Shown piece by piece: positions 1-13,145 of a DNA stretch of 64,000 nt. The translations under genes were made by a program, and so were the position numbers. The notes under the pieces are model-generated. The model made no database searches, was not told the origin of the DNA, and was given only the letters and a program-made list of their open reading frames with translations. Numbering within the stretch: the first letter of the stretch is position 1; each line of letters begins with the position of its first letter. Location of the stretch: NCBI RefSeq assembly GCF_964204645.1, contig NC_134036.1, positions 10,457,859 to 10,521,858 on the forward strand. Reading direction: 5' to 3'. Origin of the DNA: Tubulanus polymorphus. Taxonomy: Eukaryota > Animalia > Nemertea.

Positions 1-517
1 AGAGCATGAAAATGTGTTTACAATTATGAAATAAAGTCAAATTATTACCAAACGACCTGTCCTTAAGTTTGATTTTGTCGCGCAACTGATGATACGGTGC
101 AATTACAATGTTTATTACAAGTCCATGCAAAACAACGAATTCCTCTTTTAGTATCGCCATCCAAAAGGAACGTCCAGAACAAGATGTATCTTTGTTAGGG
201 AAATTATGCATCTGTCATAGGTTTTGCCACATCACCAAACGTGAAAACCTAGGATTCCCCGTAGCCTTACCGCGCGATCAACCATTTTCGTAGACTGGAA
301 ATGGGAAAAGTGAAAATAATAGTAAAATACTTGGGTTAAACGAACCGTTTCTTTTTGATAAAATCAGACGGCATTTTAAACCGTTTGCAGGAATAAACAC
401 GTCTTTAATGTGAAGAACACGTCTTGATGTGACGTATGTGTCTACGTAGGAAAACCTGTGCAAATAAATACGCGAAAATCCAAGAATTCCAGCCATGTGT
501 GGTAAGGGTCCGCACAC

Positions 518-2828
518 GTTACAACATTCCTCCAGTCTCCTTTTAAAGAATAACATAATTTAAAATGAGACGCCGGGAAACATTAAAAGTAGAAAAAAAC
601 GAGACTGGAAAGAGAACAGCCAGAGCCAATATACCTCTGTGAATAAAAGCTTATTATACCTACTGGAGAAGATTCTTTCGACCTTCATTATCTATCACTT
701 ATTTTCGATCTAATTGTTTGTAAAACATCAGTCTTCGTCCATGATTTGAATTCAATCCAATAGTTTTCACTATTTTCCATTTGTTCTGGTCATAAATCTC
801 TAATCTAGAGTACCAATTCCTAATTTTGATGCTGATTAAACATACACTCACGTAAATTTAGGAAAGTCCATATTAAGAATTTCGTTTCTTGCTTTTGTAT
901 TGTGTCTACACGCCAGGTAATAACGGAGGTAATAACGGATTCATACATTGGACTACAAAGAAAAAAAAAATTCTTGTGTACAGACAGTTCAACATTTTAG
1001 ATCCCTGAAAAGCTTCCCTTTTAGATATCTCGATAATAATTGACCATTTATTTTCTGATTGACCATTAATTTTCCCAAAAAGTCTCCCCTTCGAAAAACC
1101 TAAGCAACCAATGTATGTTTGCTTTGTGTTTACCAATGCACTTATTATTAGTACATTAGCAAGCACATTGTTACCTTTTCTAGCTATTTCCACTGTTTTC
1201 CGTGAAATATTGCATCCTGCATTACATGAATCATTCAACGATACTCCGGGACTAATAATTCACAAAAAGTTTAGATTAACCATTAAACAATATGATACAT
1301 GACCAAATGCACGTTTAATGTGAAAAAGACCCACTACGCACACATTTAAAATTTCGAACTATTGCTTATCATTGAAAAATTACGACACGACGTTCGATCT
1401 CTCACTAGAGATCATATTTTTAAATTTATACGCAGCGGGTTTAATTGTTTTTTCAATTAACTACATTTGAGTGTGATTATACTACAAATACAAAGTTATT
1501 TTAGCAATGAAGTTTTAATTACAATTAAAAATATTAACAATCCACTGGTAAACTCTGAACAACCTTCGGCAACTAACCTCAGACCGTAGATTGGTCTCAG
1601 GTGGCCTGCTGATCCACTATTCTTATACTACTACATAATTATACAGTATATTTAGAAGTAGTCCATTGAAGTACTATTTATTTTCATATCAGGATAATTT
1701 GCGTACGGAAGATTGTAAAACGATATCCCATCGAGTTTTATGGTACTCTAGAATCAATAACTTACTATCTTCCACGGATACGAATCATCCCAAGTTTACA
1801 CAATAATTTTCTTGAAAGGGTTATTGTTGATTACGATGTTTTCTACTGGTCTGAAGTACCACTAACAGCCGAATGTAGGTGATTCATGTAGAATTTAGAT
1901 TGTTAAATTTAGGGTGTTAGACACATACGACGGCAAACGGCTATTCTTATAGTGAGAACGCTGAACTAAATTTATTGCCTAAACGCAGCGAAGTAATCGC
2001 CTAAACGCAGATAAACGACTGTCTCGAGCGGAGTTAATGCGTCGATCGCTCTAAATTACTTCGAGAAGTTACTGTCTCGGCCAAAAAGTGGCGCGTGTAG
2101 CGGTCTGACTGATTCAACCGCGCGCAGCCGTCTCGCGCATATTGTTCCCTATATGAACGAATACTTTCTTGCGCCAAATTCTGGAAATAACTTCTCCCGG
2201 GTCTCCCTACATTTTTGAGGCCGAACTTCCGGTCGATCGATTTTTTCTTCCCATTAAATAATTGTCCCGTGATCACCAGTGCGTTAAGAGTCGATTTTAG
2301 GTATATAACCTAGGAACAAACATCATTGGCGCTTGTGCCTGCAACATAATCGTTCTGGCGTCGGTGAAACTCTCATTCAGCCGTGTGCTGTATTAGACGC
2401 ATGACTTCACGGCCAAAAGGTAAGTCCCTAACATACGTTGAGCAAATATACGTAGCTAGTTTTACGCAGACACTCGCGCATTCTACCGAAACACGCTGTG
2501 CGAATAAATTCGCTGTAAAAATAACGTATTGTGTAAGAGGCTTTACTGATGCTTCATCGGGCAAAAGGGTTAATAAGAAAACTTACATGCAATAATTCTT
2601 TATCAATTATAGAAACCTTCTTTTATTCAACTTTATGTCAACTGAAATTACGGACGGATTATTTCCACAATATTTTCATAGATCCAGTTATGAGATCAGA
2701 TCAAGTGTAGGCATAATGTATTGATTGATGGATACATTGAATGTTTCTCGCTCCTCAAGCGACAGGCGATGCTGGACCGTAAAAGCGTCCTAAACCGTAA
2801 ATGTGTTTTTGTTTTTAATATCACCTAC
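518..2828. repeat. About 2.3 kb dispersed repeat, copy A (direct copy at 58880-61158; diverged inverted copy near 25870-27010)
   Basis: Collinear match to copy B from ACAACATTCCTCCAG through TTTTTAATATCACCTACT, where both copies diverge. Confidence 0.9.
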
Positions 2829-2939
2829 TAACGCAGTCTCAAATCTTTTGTGACTTTCTCAAAATGTATCAAAAATTTAAGTAATTTTTAGTTCATAAGT
2901 CTTCAAATATTCATAAATGAACATCACCAATTAAGAGGT

Positions 2940-3240
2940 CCGCTATTGTGAAAATTGACTGCGGGAGGAATATTCCTCCCAAAGTCAATCGATGGAAACT
3001 TGACCAAGGGGTCTGATATTCAAACAATTGACTTTGGGAGGAATATTCCTTCCAAGGTCAAACGAAGAGAATTTGACCTTCAGTTCTGATATTCAAAGTA
3101 TCGACGTCGGGAGGAATATTCCTCCGACTGTCAAACGAAGGAAAATGGACCTAGGTCTGATATTCGAAATATTGACTTTGGGATGAATATTCGTCCAAAC
3201 CACTAAACGCTAAAAACCTGAGCTTTTAGAATGATAGGTC
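2940..3240. repeat. Tandem array of 4 units (about 72 bp), each with a palindrome close to TTGACTTTGGGAGGAATATTCCTCCCAAAGTCAA
   Basis: Units visible directly; a partial inverted copy lies at about 8330-8510. Confidence 0.8.
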
Positions 3241-5048
3241 TACATAAATGATATTGATGTAATTGTTTTTAATAAATAGCATACTATAGCGACGAAACCA
3301 GACATATTTAGGCAATTTGATTGTTAATATACACTGTATTTGAGGGTCTGCGACAAATAATTTTAGAAAGTTAAATAGCTGTAGTACAGGTTCTAATAAT
3401 GAGCCTAATATAGTCTCCACATCGCAATCAGTTGTTAGAATGCATCTTCCTTTTTCTTGTTTTGATCTGAGACGACTAGTTAAATTTTTTTCTTGATTGA
3501 TTCACGCTGGGAGGTCTACATCAAATTATATTGTTGATCAAATCAATTATGTTTCAACTGCGAATTCACATTTGATATTGATATTAATAATCAATATTAC
3601 TCATCATTATATAGCGCACTGCAGCAAATTGTAACCAGTGTGCTTTTCATGGGTATACAATTAACACAAGTTGAAGAAATCGAATTTGAAATACGTGGAT
3701 AATAAAAAATAAGTTGAAGGTAGGGCGGAGCGATCTGACGAAAAGAAACAACAAACGATATGGGCGCCAAATTGACCCATGCCTAATTGCCCGACCAAAT
3801 AGTCCGACCAGACCTGAGTCAAATTAAGCCGAGTCCAATTAGCGTGTTGATTTAAACTGGTTCTGGAAGTCAGTCACTTCGCTTTGCTTAAGTATGGGTT
3901 CGTTTTAGAGTCTCTCTTCAAGCATTGTTAAGTATCGAATGAATGGGTTTGCATTTGAATGTGAAATAAATTTGAACATGAAAATCAGCGCGCTATTTGG
4001 TAAGCCATGAAAACAATTAAAGTCGGACCCTGATTCGAGCCAATTTGTTTGCAAATTAGCCATCGTCCTAGTTTTAACTTCTGATTTCTACCCTGTATAG
4101 GCCGGTTTATATTTCTGTTTGTACTCTTTCATAGAAATTCGACAGATATCAAATGGCATCTTTGATTACAGACACTGTTGACCGGTACACACCAATATGT
4201 CCATCCATCCGACATACGAGCAATTATCTCATTAATGAGATAATTGCTCGTAGATCCGACAGCTACGTTTTACAACTAGAAGTGCATATAATCAGATTTC
4301 TAATGATATTACATGTATTACTGTTAAGAATAAGTTATTAATTATGATTAAATACAAAAAGAATTGAGAAAATATCTTGCTTTGAATGGCTTTTAATTAA
4401 ATATTGGAAAGGGCGATTTTGAAGGGGGAATTTTATCTGCGGTGTCACTGCTAATCGAGTAATCAAGAAGCACAAACTTCCTAAGGTGATAAAGTGTTTT
4501 AAGCAGATCTTTTCCGATTGTGATCCCAATATATGAATTGCACATGGAACTATTATGTATAAACACCTCTCACAATTTACGTAATGACTGAGTGGCGTCC
4601 TTTTGCACAAGCTATATTACACCATGATGAAAAGTCTTTTATAGTTTAGAGTTGGATTTCTCGATGTATAAATGCAAGGAGGGTCAGAAGCTTTATGCTC
4701 AATAACATTAGGTTCCTATAAATGTTTGCTATGGATTTCAAAATAAAAGAAAAATCTACGTTTAAATGAGATATCTGTTTCATTACTCGTGATATATCGA
4801 GGAATCTCTGCAATAAAATTTGACGATTTCAAAATTATTACAAAATGAGCAAACTTTATGATATCTGCTAACAGTATAAATTCAAGCGTATATGCGGATT
4901 TGCGTGATATGTAATAAATATCGTAGCGAATAATCAATGAGAAAAGTATCTACCGTAGCTAGAGATGATAATGAGTCCCATATCCAGAATATCCGAACCA
5001 AAATATCTCCCTCAAAAAACCTTCAACCATTCAAAAAAACATAAGAAT

Positions 5049-5765
5049 ATGGTTGTAGGTAAAAATCTCCCTGGTAAAATTCCCCTAGGTAAATATCCCC
5101 TGTGTAAAACCGAAAATATTCAAAGTAGGTAAAAATCCCCACTCGGTGATTTTCAAAGACATTTCAAAGCAAAATGTTTCTCCAATTTTATTAATTTGCT
5201 ATGAGACTGAAATATGTTAGAACTGTGCAATGAAATCTTTCGTTGCGATAAATTCTTAAGTAAAACTCTTAGCATAAAATAAATTGTTAGAATTGATAAG
5301 AATAATAAATTTTTATTTGTAATATCTAAAGATTCGAACAGGAGTATTTTTGAACTGCGGACTCTTGTTAACTGTGGTATATTTCAGCTGTGCGATGCCA
5401 AAAATTATTAGAAATAATGTTCTTTTGATTTGAAATATTTTAGATTCAAGCTAGTGTAATATATTTGAAATGTGCGATGAACCCTTTCATTAAGCTGTGC
5501 GATCACTTTATTTACCAATTAAGTAGTAATGAACAATGTTAATTTTGTTGTATGTTTTAATTCAAATAGTATATACTATAGTTTGTATACTCATGATATC
5601 ATTATGGTGTTTCACAGTAAAATATGAATAAATTGGATATATGTTTCAATAATATGAATTAATTGACCTTAAGATTGTATCTATAATCCATTCAAAAGGA
5701 GGGGGATTTCTACCTACACTAAAAAATCGGGGATTTTTACCGAGATGATTTTTGCCGCTAACCAT
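5049..5765. mobile_element. Non-autonomous TIR element (MITE) with GGTAAAAATCCCC subterminal repeats
   Basis: TATGGTTGTAGGTAAAAATC on the left and GATTTTTGCCGCTAACCATA on the right; related fragment near 6880-7090. Confidence 0.55.
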
Positions 5766-7373
5766 AGATGTAGTTTGTAATTTTGAATAATGGTCTTGGG
5801 GATGCACTAATTATGAACAATTTACTTTTGTTTTGTTGAATTAACTACTTGTAATCAATTCACTATAGAACTATGGTGGATCCTAACAATGAGTCTGGCC
5901 TGCTATTCTAAACTCTTTCCGAAAATTATATTGCTAAGATATTCCTAGTCTTCATCATTTAGGATGAACTCTAGATGTTGGGCCTGGATATATTTCGGAT
6001 TCATTAAATGGTATCATGGGCGTGGAATGTTTGGGCGGAGGTATTATGCTCCAGTTTCACGCGTAAAACAAACAAACAAAATATATCCATACATACGTCA
6101 TTGCATTATAGAAATTAAACTGTTGACAAGTTGTAATAAATCTCTATAGTTGAAACAATTTTAAAGAAAATGAATTATGTTTGTAGTTTCTATTCAACTA
6201 CTATTGACTGTGCGCCTCGGGCTCAATCAACTCGTCATCTCCATGATTTCTATCACACATTATCAGCTGCCATTGCACTATTTGATTAGGCGGATTAGGC
6301 AGTATAATCAAAAGTAGCGTAAATTGATACATGCGAATAATTGATGTTTCCAAAGGGTTTTTGTTACATGCTCGTTTACATGGGAATGGTCGAAATTCCC
6401 CGTTAAGAATCCCCCGAGAAATCCCATTGAAGAGGTTATGATTTCCTGCTGTTGGCCTGTTTTTTCGTTTGTATTGCAAAATTTAGTCCAAACTAACTGG
6501 AATCGTTTCAAATTGATTTCTGTGAAAATTTTCAATTTTCCCCCACATGTCAACAAGTGCCTTTCAAATCAGGATAGATTCCGATTGCGAAATAATGATT
6601 GTAGCAATTTTTTTAGTATTATTTATCTATGGTTTGATACGTCAAGATTTCAGTAAAAAGGGCAACTTTACCGTTTATGTTAGCGAAGCTTGGTATACAA
6701 GCAGGCTGACAATAACAAGCCACTGAATTTTATGGGATTAGTCTTTGTATAGCTCTTTATCTATAGAAAGTCAGTGATTAAGCCCTAAGTAAATATTGCT
6801 CAATTAAAGAGAATTCGTTATGATGAGCAATGTACTAGCGATGACAGGCCTATGAGGCACCCGTAAATCAAAAATATATTTCGCTGAGCGATGCGAAAAT
6901 TGTTGAAAATAATAAAACTTTTAATTTGAAATCGCTTAAATCAAAGCTAGTGTAATATATTTGAACTTCCTAGCGATATATTTGTCCTGTGCGATAACTT
7001 TTAGTATTAATTTAGTATTAATGAAGTATATCAATCTTTGGGTGAACGGAAAAAATGGCCTAGGGAAAAATTGGGATTAATTGCCGCTAAATGAATATTA
7101 GAATTTGCTCCTTTTGTAATAACTTTGAATTGTCAAATTCAACTGGACATTGGTGTGTGCTGAATATCACGAACAATGAAACATTTATCCTTAAAAACGT
7201 TGATTTTCTTTTTCATCTTTCTTTATTTCAATAATAATCAATCGATTTTTAAGTCGAATTAATTACTAGGATAGCGACTTAATGTGTGTGTGCTTTTAAG
7301 TCAACTAGTTTCCGAACCCATGGTATGTCAATCAAGACAGATCTTCGTCTAGAAAAAGTAAGATGCATTCTAT

Positions 7374-7411
7374 CATGGACTCTAAAACGATTGATTCGTT
7401 TAGAGTCCATG
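7374..7411. mobile_element. 38-bp hairpin insertion with 7-bp TSD (ATTCTAT)
   Basis: CATGGACTCTAAAACGA...TCGTTTAGAGTCCATG flanked on both sides by ATTCTAT. Confidence 0.75.
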
Positions 7412-8604
7412 ATTCTATCCACTAATTTCAATGTAAGGACTATATAAGGCTACATGAATCAATACGAAATCATGTATACCGCAGGTCACTTAATCTAAAG
7501 CTTGATTGTGAGAGTTGTTTAAACACAATGGTCACATGAGTAATTATTGGGTGTGCGACAATGGGAGAAATCTGCCTCAGACATCTCATCCCGATATCCG
7601 GAGTCCTGGGCTTAGTAACTTATGTTTAGAATAAATTTTATCCGATATTTTTATAACAATGTTTTTCTCTCTTCTCTCTCTCCGTAAATTCCGGACGTTT
7701 TCTGGGTGCTAACGTTCAGTGGCTAGTAGGCTGGATTGTATTTTCTCTTATTTCATAAATCACAATGCATATAAACTAAAACTGAACTGAATTGAAACTG
7801 AGTTCGGTTAGCAGTATAAAACTCCTAATTAACTTTCGGAATTATATATAAAAGAGTGAAGAGTGAAACATCAACCCTTATACCGAATACACTTGTATAA
7901 ATGAGAAAATGCACACTAGGACAATGGCTAATTTGCGACCTTAAAATGAAATAAAGACTCGAATTTCTTTTATCTCACGCGATCAAATTTATAACCAATC
8001 TTTATATAGTCCCCTGTAAAATCTAAACTCAATTTCTATATTATACACGTGATTTGATAACGATTTCTCAACTTCGTGTTTATTCTATAATGAGAAGCGC
8101 ACTGATTAGATCTTATTTCAACAGATTGTCGAACAAGTTACAGCAATTTACTGTTAGAGAAAGAAAATACTAAATCTATTAAGTTTTCTAAAATTATATG
8201 TAAGCGTCATACCATCTCATGCTCTAGGATATCGTGTATCGTAACATTTGAAATTCCTAAATCTACCTGGCTTCATTGGGTACTGTTTTTTAAAAAGAAA
8301 AACAAATAACACCCAACGCATCAATACCTAAAAGTTCAGGTTATAATTCTAAAAGTTCAGGTTATAACGTTTAGAATATTCCTCCCTAAGTCAATACTTT
8401 GAATATAAGACCAGGCAAAATTCTCTTCGTTGGACTTTTGGAGGAATCGTTTGAATATCGGACCCCTTGGTCGAGTTTCGATCGATTGACATTGGGAGGA
8501 ATTTGTTGTCGAATAAATACTATAATCCGTGTAAACTGTAGATAAATGAAGAAATCCCACACTTCGAATTTGAAATTATACTATCAAATTTATTATTACG
8601 AAAC

Positions 8605-8645
8605 CACAACGTTTCGGCTGTTGACTAACAGCCATCATCATGTGA
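8605..8645 (-). ncRNA. Degenerate minimal hammerhead ribozyme motif (Penelope-type)
   Basis: Minus strand reads (A)TGATGA-T-GGCTGTT-AGTC-AACAGCC-GAAAC; the core CUGANGA has C>A. Confidence 0.5.
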
Positions 8646-8649
8646 ATTA

Positions 8650-9525
8650 ATATTTAAACAAAAATAGAAGATAATATTGAGCCTAAAAAAGAAGATGATA
8701 TTGAAAGAAAAATAGAAGATAATATTGAAACAAAGAATGAAGATAATATTGAAACAAAAAAAAGAAGATGTAACAGAATCTACTTCTAACTATGAAATAG
8801 AAAAATCAAATGTTAAACCAAAAGATATCATTAGATGCATGTCTTGTGAGGAAGATTTTGATAATTATAATGATTATTTGTTTCATCAAAAAAGCTGAAC
8901 ATATTTTACAATTAGTAAAAACATATGCTATTATATATAAAGATAAATGCAAAGTGATCGTGTCTGTAATGAATGTATAACAAAGAATAATTGGTCAAAA
9001 CATTATAAATTAAAAAAACAAAAGGTGGAAATGATTCAGCCCATGCAATACACGTATTTAAATCTTGGTATGAAAATGTAGAGAATATGTAATATATGAC
9101 AAACAATTGAATCATAGATACTCAATTAAGCATATAGGTACAGATAATGTAATAGAGAATCCATTAATTATAAATCCAAAATTCAATTAAATAAATATAT
9201 CAGATTATCGGTGGTATAGAAAAACATTTATAGATTATTTCTCCAGTAATGATATAGTTACCATATTGAAAAAGTTAACTTTAAACCAAATTTAACTTAT
9301 GCCATGAACTTATTTGAACTTAAATATGATGATTTTAGAGAATTTTTAAATAAACATCCATCTAAAAATGAAATCGAAAATTATATTCCAAAAATTGTTT
9401 TTAGAGCAACATTCAATACATATAGAATCGGGAATCATTTAGGAATTGTAACAATGCAAATGAAAAGGAATATATGGTTAGAATATAATAAGCTTAAAGA
9501 AAAATATGAAAATGAAAAAGATTAA
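8650..9525 (+). pseudogene. Fragmented element gene(s) with 21-bp coding repeats (KIEDNIE) and zinc-finger-like motifs
   Basis: CMSCEEDFDNYNDYLFHQKS and CNECITKNNWSKH read across frameshifts; ORF 9304-9525; composition matches the element. Confidence 0.5.
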
Positions 9526-9543
9526 TTTCCTATACATATTGAT

Positions 9544-9850
9544 GTACGAATGGTACGAATGGTACGAATGGTACGAACTGTACGAGTGTACGAGTGTAAT
9601 AATATATATATTTTATATTTAAACATACGAATGATACGAATGGTACGAGTATAAATATAATATTTGTATTCTATATTAAATATAACACAATATATATTTT
9701 ATTAAAATAATATTTAAATATGGTATAAAATTGATAAAATAACTTAAAATCAAACTCGTACTGTTTTTTAAATTAAAAAAACATATGTAAATTATATATG
9801 TTGCCCTCGTACACTCGTGCCATTCGTACAATTCGTACACTCGTACCATC
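9544..9850. repeat. Inverted clusters of GTACGA(ATG/GT) repeats around an AT-rich spacer
   Basis: Forward blocks at 9544-9597 and 9626-9650; reverse-complement block at 9806-9849. Confidence 0.8.
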
Positions 9851-9939
9851 CAACCTATTCAAAATTCTATAATATTTCAAATTTTAAGTATTAAGGTATC
9901 TAATACGTATCTAATACAACAATGCTTAGAATACCTTTT

Positions 9940-10550
9940 TTTATAAATTTATATTCATATGGAAATTGTAGTCTCAGAAGTACTTTGGAACCTTTATTAC
10001 TTTTTAATTTATTCATATATTGATCATGTAGTTCAGTAGGTATGATTTGATTTTATTCCAATGATTGTTGCATTGATTTTCTATCTTTAATGTAGAATAA
10101 AACTAAAAATCTAATGTTTTCTCTAAAGTTTTTAAGAATCGAATTATATTTTTGATTTAAAACTGATGTTGTTATCCCAAAATGTCTCCCAGAGAAAGCC
10201 AAATAACATAGTTCACTTTCTCTAACTTTTGAATCACGTAAATTTGCACAACCATCTATAATGGATAATGTATTTGAACCTTTATAAATATCTAATGCAA
10301 TTTTAATACAATTACCTAAATTTTCCTTTACTGTTTTAGGATCTAGTATAATAAACTTTTTATCTTTTAAAACTATATCTCTATCATATGTTTTATACAT
10401 TTCATTAGTAGGACAGAATAATATTATATTATCAAAATGATTCTTATAAATAGTTTCTAACAAATCTAATATGAAATGTGTTTTACCACAGTTTGTTACT
10501 CCAGTTACTAACATATTATGCGGTTCAAATATAAATAAATCTTTATTCAT
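9940..10550 (-). pseudogene. A32-like (FtsK/HerA superfamily) genome-packaging ATPase
   Basis: Walker A GVTNCGKT, degenerate Walker B LSIIDG, SGRH arginine finger; premature TAA at 10053 with the frame continuing NQIIPTEL... Confidence 0.85.
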
Positions 10551-11367
10551 TTGTTCTTTTAATTTTATTATATCTAATATTTTTTTCGCGCGCAATTTTA
10601 TCAGCTTCATTTCGTATACTTATTATTTCCCCAATTGTTTTTTTAGAAAACATACTTAAAGCTTCTATTTCTTGATCTGTTGATTCAAGTAATCCCTTCG
10701 GTAAAAGTTTTTCAGTTTGAACTTCGTTTGATTTCATTTTACTAGTTTTGGAAGTTTTCTGTTCAGAAGTTGTTTCAGTTTCTGGTTTCTTTTTTATTAT
10801 TTCAAATAATTCATTAATTCTTTGTTTAAATACTCTTCTATTTTTATTTATTTCTGTGTCGGTAACATCAGTTATTACATTACTATTACTTATTCTTTTA
10901 ATTTTATCTGGTTCTAATTTTCCCAAAGTTGTTTCCGCTAATATTTTGTCTTGATTTTTATAAGAGATATTAATATAATAATCATCTTTCAATTTATAAT
11001 AATATTCACCATCTAAAAGTTTTAAATTTTCTACTAAACGGTCAGCATCTTTATCATTTATATCATACCCAGATCTTTCAAATACAGGTTTGAATTTATA
11101 CATAGATTCATGATATTCTAAATTTTTCTTTAATAAACCTGGATTTTCATTTTCAGTATATATTCTCGATTTAGCTCCTCTAATATATTCCTCTGTTGAT
11201 GGGGCTTTAGAACCACTATCTGCTAAACTAGAATTAGAATTATATGCTGATTCATCATCATCATCAATATTAGTTTCATTTAAATTGGTTTGCGGTTCAT
11301 CATCAATATATCCTGCATTATTATTTCCCATGCCTTCCATTTCGAAATCTTCTCCGCCTTCTGCCAT
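10543..11367 (-). CDS. Element protein of unknown function, 274 aa, acidic N-terminus
   Basis: Open ORF starting at TAAATG; stop overlaps the likely ATPase start. Confidence 0.7.
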   Translation of the reverse strand: MAEGGEDFEMEGMGNNNAGYIDDEPQTNLNETNIDDDDESAYNSNSSLADSGSKAPSTEEYIRGAKSRIYTENENPGLLKKNLEYHESMYKFKPVFERSGYDINDKDADRLVENLKLLDGEYYYKLKDDYYINISYKNQDKILAETTLGKLEPDKIKRISNSNVITDVTDTEINKNRRVFKQRINELFEIIKKKPETETTSEQKTSKTSKMKSNEVQTEKLLPKGLLESTDQEIEALSMFSKKTIGEIISIRNEADKIAREKNIRYNKIKRTNE

Positions 11368-11383
11368 TTACATAATAAAAAAA

Positions 11384-12685
11384 TTATAATTTAAAATATA
11401 ATATTCCTCCGATTACATTTCCTATACAAGTTATAGCTAATTTAGTATTTTCATGGGATTTATTATCATCATTTAGTTTAATTATTTCATGTTGAATATT
11501 ATCAGTTCTAATATTTTTTGATGTATTGTAATCTTTTATTTTAGAATCATTATTTAATTTAATATTCTTAGTTTTAGTTTCTGTTGATTGAATATGTTTT
11601 TTATTTTTTTCACCTTCCATTAATTTTGAAGCAGTAATAATATTTTTATTTATATCATTTAATCCAAATGAATTATTTATTGTTGCAGTTTTAATTAGAT
11701 TATTGTAACCAATTATGTTTCCCATCTTTAATACTAAATCATTAGAAATAATTAATAGATTAGGGCCTATACAATAATTTAATCTAATATGTGATTTATC
11801 TAAATAATTTTGATATCTTGCAATGTTTTCTGGAATCGATCTATTTATATCATTATGAATTGAATCTTCAAATAATACTTTGAATTGTTTCTGCGCATCG
11901 AATGAAGTGTTATCATTTCCAATTATTGGGGATCTTGTTTCAACTTGCGCGCCTAAAATACATATCAGATAAGTTCTAATAGATTGATTTATTCTTTGTA
12001 TACCTAATTTTGTAAAACCTTCACCATTTTCAAAAATGAAATTAACCCAACCATTATTATTATGAATTTTATAATTATGATAAGCTCCAATTCTATGCAT
12101 ATAATCAATTCTTTTTATTTCATACTCTTCACCAACACCTTGCAATTTACCATGCGCTCTAAAATCGGAATTAATATTTATATTAAAACCATTACATATT
12201 TTATAAAACTTAGATAGATTAATATTATTATCCAATTCTTTAAAATATTTAGACCCGGGTAAAGGACATTCTAATTCATTTAATATTATTCTGATTTGAA
12301 AATATGTGTGAAATCTAAATATTGTGTGAATTAATTTTAAATCAGAATACTTCAAATTTGTATCTAAGTTATTTGAATGATCATTCCAACTTATTCCGCA
12401 TCCTGTTGTTGCACAATAAACAGCAAAATTACATTGATTCTGCCAAAATTTCATATTAGATCTTACTTTATATATATGATATTCATCTCGAGTAAAAGTA
12501 ACTTCATATGTATTAAACATATTTTCCATTTTAGAAATAAAAAACTGTGATTCAGTAAAATAAATTTCTAAATTAGTTAATGAATTTAAAACTACATTTT
12601 TATATGTTATATTTTTTTTTAAATCTATTGCAGGAATATTATATTTAATTGATGTATTATATTGGAAAGCTTTTGGAAACCCCGT
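11384..12685 (-). CDS. Element protein of about 433 aa (NFAVYCATTGCGIS motif, C-terminal hydrophobic anchor); start codon appears mutated to ACG
   Basis: The 381-aa ORF frame stays open for 52 more codons up to TAAACG at 12685. Confidence 0.7.
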   Translation of the reverse strand, partial: TGFPKAFQYNTSIKYNIPAIDLKKNITYKNVVLNSLTNLEIYFTESQFFISKMENMFNTYEVTFTRDEYHIYKVRSNMKFWQNQCNFAVYCATTGCGISWNDHSNNLDTNLKYSDLKLIHTIFRFHTYFQIRIILNELECPLPGSKYFKELDNNINLSKFYKICNGFNININSDFRAHGKLQGVGEEYEIKRIDYMHRIGAYHNYKIHNNNGWVNFIFENGEGFTKLGIQRINQSIRTYLICILGAQVETRSPIIGNDNTSFDAQKQFKVLFEDSIHNDINRSIPENIARYQNYLDKSHIRLNYCIGPNLLIISNDLVLKMGNIIGYNNLIKTATINNSFGLNDINKNIITASKLMEGEKNKKHIQSTETKTKNIKLNNDSKIKDYNTSKNIRTDNIQHEIIKLNDDNKSHENTKLAITCIGNVIGGILYFKL

Positions 12686-12701
12686 TTATATAATTAAAAA
12701 A

Positions 12702-13125
12702 TTAATGATTAACTAATTCTTTTAATAATTTATCTTGTTCTTCAACTGTTATATGACCATTTAAACTTATTATATAATCTAGTGTATTCTTTGATTTATT
12801 AATTTCTTTTGTATTAGTTTTAATTTTTTCTTTATTACTTTTTATATTTAATTTTGAACTTATACCAGTTAAAACACGAACTTAATCCTAGTACGCCAAT
12901 TGATATAGCTAAAGGTGTTAATGGTGAAAATATTGCTAGAAATGTTATTACAGAACTAATTGTAACCGAACCACTTATAATCAAATAATATATAATTTTA
13001 CTTTTTAGATATTTTTTCTTTTTAACTTTTAAATCATTTTCAAATTCTAATATTTTTTTTTCTAAATATATTTTTAATTTAGTTTTATTTATATCGTGAG
13101 GAATAATATCAATATTATCATCCAT
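12702..13125 (-). pseudogene. Two-TM plus coiled-coil membrane protein (one frameshift)
   Basis: IIYYLIISGSVTISSVITFLAIFSPLTPLAISIGVLGLSS, then a shifted frame VLTGISSKLNIK...LLKELVNH*. Confidence 0.7.
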
Positions 13126-13145
13126 TTATTTAGCAAAAAAAATTA

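Noticed and set aside
2940-3200. CRISPR-like array of palindromic repeats with spacers
   Set aside because: The spacers resemble each other, the repeats are degenerate, no cas genes are present and the context is eukaryotic
11384-12529. Calling the 381-aa ORF a double jelly-roll major capsid protein
   Set aside because: Only the size fits; no recognisable capsid motifs, and it has a hydrophobic tail
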